Source of the DNA: Azolla caroliniana
Lineage: Eukaryota; Plantae; Polypodiophyta
Assembly (NCBI GenBank): GCA_043228905.1
Contig: JBHGNT010000001.1
Span: forward strand, 6,634,001 to 6,698,000
DNA length: 64,000 nt
Direction of reading: 5' to 3'
The notes under the pieces: model-generated
Databases searched by the model: none
Told to the model about the DNA's origin: nothing
Seen by the model: the letters and a program-made list of their open reading frames with translations, nothing else
Shown here: one piece after another, positions 1-13,814 of the stretch
Position numbering within the stretch: the stretch's first letter is position 1
Layout: each line of letters begins with the position of its first letter
Made by a program: the position numbers and the translations under genes

Positions 1-478
1 TTTTGAGAGTCCATGTTCAAGTTTCAACTTGATGAATGAACACAAAGCTCCATGTCAAATATTAAAAATTCTTTTGTAGGTAATTTAGGATAATTGAAAC
101 CTTCGACGATCCAGATTGAGATTTGGCACTTCATGATTGAATGCAAATGCTCATGTAACACATCACCAAAATTATGCATACATAATTCTCAATAATCAGA
201 AGAATTGTTTTTGGAGCGCATTTGAAACTTCATGATTTTGTGCAAAGTTTCATATAAGACATTTCCTAGATTATGTAAAGGAAGAAATTATGAACAATTA
301 GAGGGTTCATACTAAAAAGATTTGGAATTTATTGATTGAATGCAGAATTTAATGTGAAACATTTCCAAAAATTATATGCGTTTAAATATTTAGTTAGAAA
401 AGAGACCAAAGGAACTTTTTGAATGGAAAAAAGTTTCATATATATATATATATATATTCGTTTCTATTGAGAACTCAC

Positions 479-1107
479 CAATCAAATTCTCTGTCTACTT
501 GCTTGAAGTCAAGGAGGGCATCTTGGATTCTATGCTTTGCTGTTATGAAATGGACTCTGGACACTATATGCCATAGCTCAAACACAGTGCACCGGAGAAC
601 AGAAATGAGCAGAATGTGGAAGCAAGGATGGTGCAAAAGATTACATTCTCCATTATAAGAGCTCAGAAGAGCTTGAGAAGCTAATGGCAAATAGAGGAGA
701 TACTACACACAAAAACAGGAACAGATTAATTAAGTTGTTTTACTAAAAATATAATATAATTTCCAGCAAAATAATAATAGTAGTAATAATGATAATAAAT
801 TTAAAAAGAGAAAAAAATGGTCAAACCTAAAGTTTATGTACAAAAAACTTAGTGAAAAATTGCCCCAGATAAGCTTAAGCACAAACAAATTACAGATAAA
901 ACTAACTTTTAGAAAACGCCCAAACCCTACCAAAGTCTTGAGTGGAAGCCAATGGGTAAATGAAAAGAAGAAGAAGAAAAAAAAAAACAGCCAAAATTAA
1001 AAACCAGATGTTCAACAGTAGAAACAGTTTTAAGTAGCACAAAAACAATAAGTAATTTAAAAAATAGATAAATAACTCGTTTTAGCAAAACTGAGCGTGA
1101 GGTTCTC

Positions 1108-1146
<39 letters not shown>

Positions 1147-1215
1147 TACCTTATATGTTCCTGTCCAATGCCATGGCCATGAAGCCATTAGATAGGATTG
1201 TTCTCCTAAAGCCAT
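479..1215 (-). CDS. CER1/CER3 (ECERIFERUM/WAX2/GL1) family very-long-chain alkane-forming enzyme, exons 1-2 only; gene continues beyond the left edge
   Basis: Exon 1 is 1215-1150 (MALGEQSYLMASWPWHWTGTYK, GT donor). Exon 2 is 702-479 (YLLYLPLASQALL...AKHRIQDALLDFKQVDREFDW, AG/GT borders, 224 nt). The WPW...KY and DFxQxDxExxW motifs match the CER1/CER3 N-terminus. CER1 versus CER3 cannot be resolved from two exons. Confidence 0.88.
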
Positions 1216-1457
1216 AACTAATTATAACTTATTATTATTATTGGCAGAAGATCCAAAATAATGTACAGAGAAGCACGCTTGTAAATTCAAATTATCCACA
1301 CATCTGATCCAAATAAATACACGGCCTCTCTGCGTTTCTTTGCATTGTTTTTGGGTGGGGGTCCGGGTTGTTCTATATAGAAAGAGCAAGGGAAAGCATG
1401 GTTCTCTTAGTTTTCAGAACAAATGCATAGTATTTATTAGTTTATTAAGCATTGATG

Positions 1458-1900
1458 TGAGCAGAGAGAGAGAGAGAGAGAGAGAGAGGAAAGAAACAGC
1501 AGAGAGAAAGAAATGAATGTATCCATCATCTAAAAAGAAGGTTCTTATTACTTTGTTACTACACCTACACACATACATACATACATACATACATACATAC
1601 AATACATACATACATGAGCAGAGAGAGAGAGAGAGAGAGGAAAGAAACAGCAGAGAGAAAGAAATGAATGTATCCATCATCTAAAAAGAAGGTTCTTATT
1701 ACTTTGTTACTACACCTACACACATACATACATACATACATACATACATACAATACATACATACATGAGCAGAGAGAGAGAGAGAGAGAGGAAAGAAACA
1801 GCAGAGAGAAAGAAATGAATGTATCCATCATCTAAAAAGAAGGTTCTTATTACTTTGTTACTACACCTACACACATACATACATACATACATACATACAT

Positions 1901-1933
<33 letters not shown>

Positions 1934-1950
1934 TACATACAATACATAAA
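1458..1950. repeat. Three tandem copies of a ~151-bp compound microsatellite unit ((AG)n + unique core + (TACA)n) upstream of the CER-like gene
   Basis: Units start at ~1458, 1615 and 1766 with an identical core GAAAGAAATGAATGTATCCATCATCTAAAAAGAAGGTTCTTATTACTTTGTTACTACACC; the ORF track repeats at 151-nt offsets. Confidence 0.95.
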
Positions 1951-2991
1951 CACACAGACACACACACACATACATATATGATCATTTATGGTTGTCCTCC
2001 TACATGGGTCCAGAATGGGCCCAAGGCTTGTATCCATAGACTTCTTCTATCTCGAGAGTGATATCTCTTGCTTAGTGTGAGGTGATCTAGCTCTCGAGGA
2101 AATCTCAAAGTGGGAATTTGGGGTTTTTGGCCAAGGGTGACATACATCTCAAGACCCTACCTTCGGAAATATGCATGTGTATTGTTTACTCTTAATGCTT
2201 GTCATGGCCACAACATGGCACATCGTAAACATTTTATAAGATTTTAAACTCTATGTGATCGGCGGGGGAAACAACCATTTCGGAGGCTGAAAATGCCAAT
2301 AAGGAGTACCATAATTGGATGTCATGAATGGAGTAGCTGTCCAGACATTAATAAACTCATGCTGTTGAGCAATTTTAGCATCGGAATCTCCAATGGTAAT
2401 AAGACCACATTCAGATTTAGTTTGTCCATTCAAAAGTGTTATGAATCAGTTTGAAATTCGTTCGGGCATCTGTGGTCATAGTTCATCTTAGCTCGTGACA
2501 ACAACATTCATCAGATTCCTTCCTACCTCCTCCCCTCCCCCCCCCCCCCCTTTCCTATTGGTGTTAGCTTAAAGGTTGACATGGTCCCCTCCACTATAGT
2601 TGGCCCGCCAACATTTATGAGCCTCCTACCCCTTCCTCTATTAGTGACGAGGTTGACATTTGTCCCTTGGAGATCGAGTAAAGTAGGTGGGGGGGTACCA
2701 CTTGACATGAGTGCAGTTGATACGATGGTCTCGATTGTGTTAGGCATTGGGAGCCATCGATAATTCATGGCATTTATGAGCCTCATAATGTTTCGGTCTC
2801 CCTCTTACTCGCTCACTTGTCCACATAAGCCGGTTGCGTCTCACTTTATAGTGTTATTATCTTTCCTTACTACCTTTTGTCTCTTGCCATTTTCTTTTAG
2901 TATACCTCGAGTGAATGCACTATTCCTTTCCATAATTTTTTTTGCTCATCGGGCACTTTGTCCTCTAATAGAAATTGAATTTTTTTTTCTT

Positions 2992-3025
<34 letters not shown>

Positions 3026-3499
3026 ATATATAAACATACACACCCTACTTTTGCAAGGAATCTTATTTTTTGACATAGCAAATCATTCTTTGACTCGTGT
3101 CCTAACTTCCCCAATACATCATAAATGTGGCCTCATCATTACATGCACATTATTCGAGGGACTACTTACTTTGTAGCTATAGTCTCCGTGATTTCTTATT
3201 GTTAACATTACTTTCCAATTTTCATAGCATTACCGAAGACAAAAGGCCAGTATTGAACTCTGATGTAAACCATGGTCCATAATCTGACAAGCTTAACAAA
3301 ATTAGGGTATGCAACAAAAATTTCCCTTTTTACCGAAAACAAAGGAATTGCAATAATTTACATGCTCTTTATCATAAATACTTAGGAGGAGTAAAAACAC
3401 TATACACGAGACAATGCATGCATTAACATGACTTTGACACGAATGTTTTACTAGTAGTAATATATGCCCTTCAAATCCTAGATCAACATCACAACAAAG

Positions 3500-3600
3500 T
3501 TGTAATGTCTAACTACCCTCCTTTAAGGGAGGGCTAATATAATAGTATGTCATTGTGTAAGGGGTAATGTATGTAAAGTCTAACACCCCCTTCAAGTGAG
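3500..3600 (-). mobile_element. Possible relic LTR retrotransposon PPT/3'-LTR junction
   Basis: Minus strand reads CTTGAAGGGGG-TGTTAG at ~3596-3580, resembling a polypurine tract followed by an LTR start. The other boundary was not found. Confidence 0.3.
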
Positions 3601-4077
3601 CACACTTGACCCATTGTCCTCGCTCGTATTTTCACATGTCCCTTGTTCTTCTTCATGCTCTACCTGGGTAACACAACTATGTTGAAAACGTGAGTTTCCA
3701 TATCATAATTTTTGCCACCTACATGATTAAATGCAAGATTTTAGATGTTAACTTATACATGTAACATTCACCATAACTAAGGTATAAATATGTGAAAGGA
3801 ACAGAAATCATACCCCAAGAAAGAGGGTAATTAATGTAGTTCGATGAAATCCTCACCATGATTAATCAACTCTCTTTCTAATTTTTGTTTTGTTTTGCGG
3901 AGAAAAAGGTTGGATCCTCTCCACAATCAAGTATCCATAAGATGCTCAATGAAATACTACCAATAGCAATGCTTGGTCATCATAATTGGCATTATTAAAA
4001 ACGATGAGTAGTGGAGTTAATATTATTGCACTTGTTTGCAATAAAAATTTGTATAAAATTATAACTTCTTTTGCTTA

Positions 4078-4310
4078 GAAATTTCATCTCATGTAATTGT
4101 TCTCTTATGCTAATATGTTTTTTCTTTTGCAAATAAAGGACATTGCACTGCATTGCCTTGCACATGTAATGTCTTGTTTCTAGGGCATAAGGAAGAAGAA
4201 ATTTCATCTCATGTAATTGGTCTCTTATGCTAATATGTTTTTTCTTTTGCAAATAAAGGACATTGCATTGCATTGCCTTGCACATGTAATGTCTTGTTTC
4301 TAGGGCATAA
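4078..4310. repeat. Tandem duplication, 120-bp period, two near-identical copies
   Basis: GAAATTTCATCTCATGTAATTG...TTTCTAGGGCATAA occurs at 4078 and 4198. Confidence 0.95.
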
Positions 4311-6076
4311 CGAAGATAAATCGATAAAAGTTTTTGCCCTTGAACAAAATACTTGTAGGTTTCTACATCAAGGGCTTGAGAGGTAAAATAACATTGTACT
4401 TGTTTCTAAAAGAGGTAAGTTTTATTTTAATTAATGTTTTAATCATTGTTTGGTGATTGAGTTTTGACTATTAGGGAATACTAACATTTCTATATTTGTC
4501 TAGTTCTCACTTTATTGTTCGGATGTGTACATATTGATTCCCACATTCTTCAAGTGTTTGTTGTGTTGTGGGGTACATAGTGAAATTTCCTATTTTTGCT
4601 CGTGTTTGAATTTCTGTGGAAGGGGCAAATGAGGATGGTGGACACAAGCAAATCCAAAATTTGCCATGTGTTGAATTGGACAAATCCCCTCTTGATGACC
4701 ATCGACAAAGCTACTTATTCTATCGTATACTCTTTAAGTTGTAAACTGTTTTGATTTTGACATAACTTTGGGGAGGTGAAAGGCTTTAGGACTTCATAAT
4801 TTCAAAAGTCTAATGAGCTTTACAACTAAAATACAGTGCTTAAAGTTTTCATTGCGGATTCTTTCATTTGTTTTCCTCCTTTTCATGATGCAACAACTTT
4901 TGTCATTTATTAATATCTCTCCCTCTCCATCCTCTCTTCATATTGTTCATCACATCAAAAAACACAATTGTGTTACCGGTCATTCATCATTAATATCTTA
5001 AAAGGCAAGTCTTGCCAACTTAATGGATTAGGTGAATCCTACTTGAGCCTCATAATCATTTTTTAGCTAACATAAGGTTTTTTTTAAAACGAGTTATAAT
5101 GATCAATCTAATGACTTGATTTCAAACTTCATTTTCAATAAAGGATCCTAGGCCAAGTTCTTCGTCCGCCTATTTAGATATCTTGATTTTGTATAATTGT
5201 TGGCTTCTTTCACTCATGTAAATAAAAACTTGTAAATCTCATTAATGTTCTCCTATGATACAATACTTTTTGAAACATGTACGGTTATAAGTAATTTCTT
5301 AGACATATGTTGACAGGAGAAAATCGTCAAAAAGAAGATAAAGGGATAATTTCATGTTTAGAGAGTTGGGATCAGGTTGTCTATGATTGCCTTGGTAAAG
5401 TAATTTTGATAGGCCATATTTTTCTAAGATGGTTGCTCGATCCATGGCTTGACACGACAACTTTATAATAAAAATTGTAGGAGTATAACCAAAAGAGGAG
5501 GCGATTAAACATTACATGTGATTAAAAACCTTTACAAACCCAAAACATTTTCTTGTTCGATCGTGATGTGGTTGTATATAACTTGCAACCCAAAAGAGGT
5601 CACATGGATACAAAATAGTAATATTCTTGCAATCAATACATAAATATATGAGACAACTTCAAGAAAGGTTTTCTTGTTTGATGGTGATATGCAAACTACT
5701 TTTAGTAGCCAATGCTAATAACGATGCTCTTGCCAATAGGCCAAAGGGCACAAACTTAAATTGAATAATTTCAGTGATCACATTCTAACCATAACAAAAA
5801 AATCTATTACACAATTGAAACAAGTATTTTTTATTGTTCATGTATCTAGTGAGTATATTAAAAATCACATCAGTCAACTTGTAATATTGTCATTTCCCAT
5901 GTATTTGTGTTTGATTCATGCACAACAAAAGCAAAAAAAGACAATATATGCAATGACGCACTTTCTCCACACTACATTTATGGTTTCTAGTAGGTACAAG
6001 AATAAATGTTAAAGCTGGCCATTATATAAATATAATGTATACACGAAAGGTAATGTTCTTACTTTATATGTCAAAC

Positions 6077-7036
6077 CATAGATTGACCCATGCGTGATAT
6101 TCTTGGTATTCGCCATCCGTAATATTCGAGAATACAAAAAGACCCAAGAATATTACAGAACCACTCGTTTTAAATTTACATAATAAAAAATAAAAAATAT
6201 GCTAAAAAACTAATTAATTCACTAAAATATTAACCAATTCACTAATAATGAATTAATTTACTAAAAATATTAATTAAGTCATTAGGGTTCCTAATTTCAA
6301 CCAAAATTAGGGTTAAAATATTAATTAATTCACTAATAAGGAATTAATTTACTATTAATTAGTGCACGATTAATTAATTAATTAGGGTTCCTAATTTCAG
6401 CTAAAATTAGAGTTTTATGAATTAAAATATTAATTAATTCACTAATAATGAGTTAATTTTCTAAAACATTAATTAATTCACAAATGATCAATTAATTAGG
6501 GTTCCTAGTTTTACACAAAATTAGGGCTTTAAGAATTAAAATATTAATTAATTCATTAATAGTGAATTAATTTACTAAAAGATTAATTAATTCATTAATA
6601 ATGAATTAATTTACTAAAACATTAATGAATTAATTAGGTCTCCTAATTTCAGCCAAATTTAGGGTTTTAACACCACCCTAGGTTTGGAGGCTGAGAATAA
6701 TATGTAAGTGACACTTAGAGGATGAGGGGGAGGCGAGGATGCAGGCTGAAAAGAAGAAATATGGTTGAAATTAGGGTTTCGACTAAAATTAGGATTTTCA
6801 GCTGAAATCCTAATTTGCAGGCCGAGAACAAGATGCAAGGGGAGGCGAGGGTGTAAGCATCAAGTACAAGATGTAGGGTGTGGCCTCTTTGCTCACTAGC
6901 TAGAGTAAAAAAAAACGATTTTTTTTTTCAAAAAATTTTAAAAAAGAAAAAAACGAATATTATTACTTGTATTCGTATTTTGATTCATATGCATTCGTGG
7001 GGGAGGCCCCACGAATGCGAAATATGTCAATCTATG
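6077..7036. mobile_element. Non-autonomous hAT-like DNA transposon (MITE), 960 bp
   Basis: Perfect 11-bp TIRs CATAGATTGAC (6077-6087) and GTCAATCTATG (7026-7036). 8-bp TSD TGTCAAAC / TCTCAAAC (1 mismatch). Subterminal TATTCG/CGAATA motifs and an AT-rich internal array (ATTAATTAATTCACTAA, ATTAGGG). Confidence 0.8.
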
Positions 7037-10000
7037 TCTCAAACCATGACATTGGACGTTCAACTTCTTCTTTATTTCAACAATCTTCAATGTAAGCAAG
7101 CAAATTAATGTTTAACATATGGACAAAATTTTAGAAAAATAAATTATAAATCATCTATTTCTAAAAATGACCAAAAATTATGTTTGCAGATAGAACCAAA
7201 GAGGCATACACATCCAGTTACAAACCATGTATATACAAATTGGGATGAAACAATTGTTTTTGTGATATCTCGTTGTATATTCACTCATTGTAAATACCAT
7301 TATGATATTGAAAAGGAATTGCTTCTATTGTCCTATCAATTCTCCGTGTTAATATCTTGTAGTGGTTATACATTACCATGATCCCTCATTCCTAATCTTC
7401 TTTTGTATTACCTACGTTGTGCAATGTGTGCATCATAGATCATGGACAAGAAGGATGTAGAGTAGAAGGTTTAGATGTAGGACATTTCTAGGGCTTTGGG
7501 GTTTTCCACTCCTTGAATACATCTCAACACCATTGTAATTGATATCTTGAAGCATATAATTTTGAGGCTCTCCCTCGATGACCAAGTTGCTAGTTGGTGT
7601 AATTAGTTATATGTCGGCCTATCAACCATATTTGATGTGGTCTGGCACCACCTTCTTACGCAAGTTTGATAGGAACTTATTCATGCAAGAGGTCTACAAC
7701 CTCTTTTACATGATGTACCAACTTTCTCACCAAAGTTGCCCTAATCCCTTGTTCCATTCAAGTCACAATTGTGCCCGCTATTGCCCAGATGAAGGGGGTT
7801 GACTTGAAGGTGATTATGAAGTCGAGGATCAATCAACCTCTCATCACTTATTATTAAGTACATGGCATACATTGTGCTTCCCATGCTTTTCTAATGACAT
7901 CACTTTGGGGTTGGTACCAAAGGGATAACTCTAGCAATAAGGGGGCAATAGAAAAAAAAGTAGAAATGCAAATATTTATTGGTTAGTACAAGTAGCTTTT
8001 AGGGTTCTTTTGAGTTTCTTATTCTTTTAATCACTTTTGAGGTAGAGCGTTGACCTATCTCTCTCTCACTCTCTTTGGTGAAAACACACAATTATATTAA
8101 TAAATGTGTGTAAAAAACACTACTTACAATGGGTGCGACAATGGAGTATGGTCACTCACTAAATACATTACATGGGTAGTGGAACATGTTGAATTGCCGA
8201 AAGGCAAGACGAACACTCCCCCGAGGAAAGAATTTCCACTTGCTCCAATAAAGAAAATTGCCACATTAGTACTCCCTTCAACTTTTGTTGATATGCTTTC
8301 ACTCCATGTCTACCATTGAATACAAAAGTGTTGCGCATATTCCAATTATGACGCAATCCCCAATATCTCAGAAATAGAAATATCCCCAATTATGACGCAA
8401 TCCCTAAACCCTAAACCCTAAACCTGTGTAAATTGTGCAAACACCCACTGTCTAGGTGTCAAATAACACTATGATAAGACTTGCCAAATAACTCCAAATT
8501 TGACAAGCAATCAGACATTGTATAAATCGATGAGTAATATCTTCCATTTGAACAGTGCAAAAAATGCAATTACCCGTTGCTAATCCACAACGCTTTAGAG
8601 CTAATCCCAAAGGCTCCAATCAAAACTGTCCAAATGAAGACCTTTGCTACAAGTGGCAACTTAGAATGCCAATTACGTTGTAAGATCTGCCACCACCCAT
8701 GATCATATTTGTGTATTCTCCATTCTTCTTCAACCTTAGATGATAACCATCCAAGAGACTCAACAGAGCAATGATACAAAAGATTAGTAGTCACTTGTAA
8801 CAAAGATGTTTGACCCTTTAAACACCAATCAATCTACGGTCGTTCTCCTGTTTGTAGAGGTAAGAGACCTTGCATCAATGGAATATTTTGTTATAGTTGT
8901 TGCCAAATAAACCCATAATTAGCCGGAATGCGTAATAATTGTCGTGCTTCAACAAACTCCAAAACTCTTTGAGATGAAGCCTCAATTGTATCTCCCACCT
9001 CTTTGACCCCCAAACGAAACAAACGATTAAATTGAGAGTGCAATCTCTCCTTTCCCAGGCAACATAATAACCGAGAAGATACAAGCAACCATTTTTGCAA
9101 AGAATTACAATGCTCTCTACTATATGATGGTTTCCATACACATAACAAGAGTGCTTCTTGCCATGAGGTAACCAAGTGTTGAACACATGTAGAGTCCGGA
9201 ATCCTAATTGAAATACATTCATTCAGTAATTGCCACCATGAAGCCTTAATCGTTGTCCTTCCATTTGTTAAACCCTTGTTCTCAATGAAATATTCAACAA
9301 TAGATATCCATGTTTGTGAGTTTGAACACATGTCTTATAATAATGAAAATCTATAAGCCATCATATGCTTAGATAAGTTCAATATTCCAGTTCCCTCCAA
9401 GCGCTTGGGAGTTGCTAGATGATTCCACACAACCCAAGTGATTCCCATCTTATCCCTCTTCTTCCACAACAAATATTGAAGAGGTTGCAAAATAGAATGC
9501 AAAGCCTTCTTTGTCCATGGCAACAATGGCAAGTAATATAATATCATGGGTTCCATAATACATTGTACAACCTTCAAGCGTACATGAATGGTCAAGATTG
9601 TGACTTCCAATACATGAACTTATCCCTCAATTTACTAGACATCCATTCAATCAATTGACCATTTGTAACATTCATTCCTAATTGATAGCTGCCCAAGTGT
9701 CGAAAAATAGAGCTTTTTTTTACCATAGATCCTTGTCATCCAAAACATTCCAAATCCCTTTCAGTACATAATATGAGACTAGACTTCCTCCAATTAATAT
9801 GTAATCCGAAAAGCCAATGCAAATTGGTTCCATACAAGCATCCCCTTCTCAAGATTCTCTCGTGAGGCTTGTAGAAACATAAAAGAATCATCAACCAAAG
9901 CTTGTGCTACTAGTTGCCCTCTAGATGGAAGGTGTAGACCCACAATGTCACCATTTGTTGCAAGCCCTTGATAACATCACTAACAAGGGATGAGTAATAA

Positions 10001-13000
10001 TAACAAACAACAATGGGTGAAGAGGGCATCCTTGATGAACGGATCTTGTGAGGGAAATATCTGATGTAACTCCCCCATTAAGCATTACTCGAGATACCGC
10101 ATCTTGTCCTAATAAAAATATGAGGTGAGACATACGAGGTTCAAAGCCCATTGTATGCATCTTGTCCTAACATGATTATTAGCTTTCTCCAAATCTAATT
10201 GCACCATAATTAATTCTTGATGAGTGTTTCGAGCATACTCCATGGCCATTTGAACATTCAACACATTATGCAATAAAACCATATTGGGCAGGATGTATCA
10301 ACTTTGGCAAATACTTTTGTAATCTATTTGTCAAGACCTTTGTAAATATCTTATAGAACCCCCCATCAAAGAAATAGGTCTCCATTGATGAAATGACTCA
10401 GGAGATGCCACCTTAGAACTAATTTAATTAGACCAACCTTCCAAGCTTGAGGCATATGACCAGAATCCCAAGAATGTGGAAACATCAAAGTTAAGAGCCC
10501 CTTTAAAATGTTCGAATATTGCTTAAAAACTTCATTTGTCAAGCCATCCCAACCAAGGATCTTACTAGTAGGAAGATGCCTTAAAACTATGTCCACCTCA
10601 TCGACAATGAAATCCGCATCCAATTCATGACTAATGAGGTCATGCACAATACATCGAACCACATCGTAAAACTCATGATGTGCTCTACTCACCTCATTTG
10701 TCATTAACAATTATGGGCCAATCAACTCCTTAAAGTAATGAACACATATGTCAATTATTGTAGTAGGATCCACTATCCATTCATCCCCTTGCTTCACGTG
10801 TACCACATTAGATCGAGCATAAGTAGGATGTAATGCTTGAAAAAACAAATGAGTTGTCGCATCTTCGCATAATGATAACTTTGATGAAATAATAACATGC
10901 AATTGACCTTGGATATCCAAAAGCTCCTCATCTAATGGTGCATGTATCAATACAACATTACACCTGGAGAGAACTTGTGAGAATTGTCGAAGAAGACCTC
11001 TTCTTCGTTGAGCATTAGTTACTCCATACATACGATGGATGATCTTAATGTTTTGTACCATGATATCCCATGCTTTAACTCCTTTAAGATTCACTTCTTG
11101 TGAAAAATTTACCAAAATTTGCTCCATTAGAGAATCAAAGTGAGGTTGAAGCAAAAGAGAAGAGTTAAAGCGTAGTGGAGGCTTTCCAAGTAAGGATTTA
11201 TACATGTCAATTGCATGATTACAAACCTCCAAACAAATAGGAAAGTGATCTGAAGTTCCTACATCTTGTAGAACTCTCATATGAAGTGATGTCTGTAAAA
11301 AAGAATCATTGTGCATCACATACATTCTATCTAACCGACTCCATGTTTATCTATGTTGAGCGGATTGGAAAGTAAAACCTGGATCATTCCCATGCAACCA
11401 TGTCCAAACATCCAACTTCAGAACCTCCATAGCCAATGAACCCCAAGCCAGTTGCTTAGGATCATCCATGATTGAATGTTCAGATGTAGATTGAGATGTA
11501 TCAACACACATGTTAAAATCACCCATAAGTAATCTTGGACGACCCGCACATAAGGTTTGAAGGAGTGAGCCCCATAATGCAATATGTTGAGTGGCTTGGT
11601 TAGGGGCATAAATCCCAACCACCCACACAACCTCGCTAAAAAAAGTGATTTCTAGAACCAAAAACCAACCATAAGGATCATTATGCACCACTTGAGGATA
11701 ATATTTATCTTGCACGATTAATACCACACCTGAATAATGATTATTAAGATGTCCCGCATAGAATCATGATGAATATCCACGTAAATGAACTATGGATCCT
11801 GCTAACTCGCGACACTTATGCTCAACTACACATAATACATCCCATTCTTTACTTAACAAAGTTTCCCATAATATAATACTTCTTATGAGGAGAGCATGCC
11901 CCTCTTACATTCCATGTTACCACTTTCACTCAATCAACAATGTTATGGCTGCACTTGCTCCTTTAGAACAACCGATGTCATGAAACTAGTCAAAGCATGC
12001 TCCAATGCTCCATATGGATTTTCATGCACCACATCCTTAGGGTTATCTATGAAAATATTTTGTTTAGGTTCTCCCGCTTGACGAAAAACTCGAGAATTCG
12101 ATGAATTTACAACCTTTCCCAATGAGTCAAATTGAAGGTCAAGGGGTAATCCCTTATCCCTAAATTGTCTTTGTCAAGGAACTTTTCGAGGACCCTCCCT
12201 AGTTCTTGAATTTCGTTTCCAAGTAGTCTCACGAGTAATGGGCAAACTATTACGTTTCATATTCATTGATTTCCCCTTCGACTTGCCCTTAACCCAATGC
12301 CAATCCTTTTCAACAACATCACTACTAGTTCTATGCAACGGTTTTTTCCCCTTATCTATAACCACCAAACTTTGTTTTTCCATATCCATAGATTGAGTTC
12401 CCTTATTCTTAGGACCCAAACCTTGAAGTGAAACCTCTTTATAATCTGCTCTAGATGATGTTCCTTCATTCATAACAACCATAATATCTGACACACCAAC
12501 ATCTCTCCCAACTCCTTCCTTACCATTTCCTTCATTAGGAACCTCTATAGTTGAAGGACAATGACAATGGCATTCCGCCATAAAGTGACCCTATTCACCA
12601 CATTCAAAACAATGACATGCAAATGTCTCCCACTTCAATTTAAAACAAAGTCTTTTCATACCAGGTGTGTTCATATGCACCCATCCTGGCCTCTTACGAC
12701 TTGTATCCCATAACACACAAAATCTGCACTTATTTGTAGTATTTGCATGTGGAGATACCAACACTTTACCCATTTGATTTATCAACTCTAGTAAAAGTGG
12801 CCATAAAGAAACATGCTTACAATCCACTATTACCCAAATTGTGCATTCTTGTTTTCCATATCCACTATTACATGCACCAATCATTTATCAAAAAACACGG
12901 GAACTTTAGCCAACAATGCACTTTGATGTTCTGGTGAATGAAACACTACATTATAAAACCCTCGTGGTCTTGCATATATATTTTCAACATAATTTGGTGA

Positions 13001-13325
13001 CACGATTGTGTTCAACCATTGTTTAATCCAATTAATGTATGGGAGTTTCCCGGTAAAAAATAATATAACTGCACGATCATAGAATACATCAAATGATTGC
13101 AACACTGCCTTAGCATCAACTTCCACATCATGCACATCCTCATCAATGCATTCTTTGCTTCATTTTCATTTTCTTCCACAATATCATACAATGATCCTTG
13201 TCAAACTCAGAAATTATCCCAATTACAATGATCCTTGTCAACCTCATCTACATGTATTACTTTTGCATATGTCAATTTTTCGGATTAATTTCCTCAATAC
13301 CCTTAAACCTCTTACAGCTTCCAAT

Positions 13326-13814
13326 TGTCATGATGACACTCACATCATGCATCGAAAGGATTTGAACCCACAACCTTGTTATGCACATGTCAAATCCTTA
13401 ACCATTGTAGTAAAATGTTTATGTGTATGGTTTTTAGAATATATAATCCAATATCATAAGAATATTCTATATTAGTTTATATTCTAGAATGTCCTAGAAT
13501 ATTCTCCATTGTTCTATATGCCAGAACCTTCTAGAATACTCTATAAACCTTTTGGACTACTAGATTACTCTATATTTTAGAATGTCCTAGAATATTCTAG
13601 GGTAATCTATATTACTCTATAGGGACTTATAAATAGGGGATCTATCAATCCTCCAAAAACCAAATTGGTTCAACGCCATCCTATAGCTCACTTTTGTCTA
13701 CTCTTTGTACTCCATCTTATATTGCAATACAATACTTTCTTTTCAATTCTTTCTTTCTATCTCAACACTATATCTCTTTTCCTCTCTTTTTCTCTCTTTC
13801 TGTTTGTCTTGACT
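13326..13814 (+). repeat. 5' LTR of the Tcn1-like element
   Basis: Starts TGTCATGA, ends TCTTGAC(T). TATAAATA at 13628-13635. TTCTAGAA repeats. Direct repeat of 18284-18751. Confidence 0.93.

Noticed and set aside
1414-2061. ORFs rich in CMYV/HTYI/SLSL or ERER here and elsewhere (e.g. 48042-48551, 51921-52352)
   Set aside because: They are translations of microsatellites, not genes.
2140-2990. Short minus-strand ORFs that might be a retroelement gag relic
   Set aside because: No recognisable domain motif, PBS or PPT.
3225-3285. Possible second, degenerate hammerhead (CCGAAGA...TAAACCATGGTC) near a GGGACTAC..TGTAGC motif
   Set aside because: Both core boxes are mutated and no convincing stem I or II forms.
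7380-7920. Possible decayed gypsy gag with a PBS-like TGGTACCAACCCC on the minus strand
   Set aside because: Too degenerate; no LTR pair or protein motif supports it.
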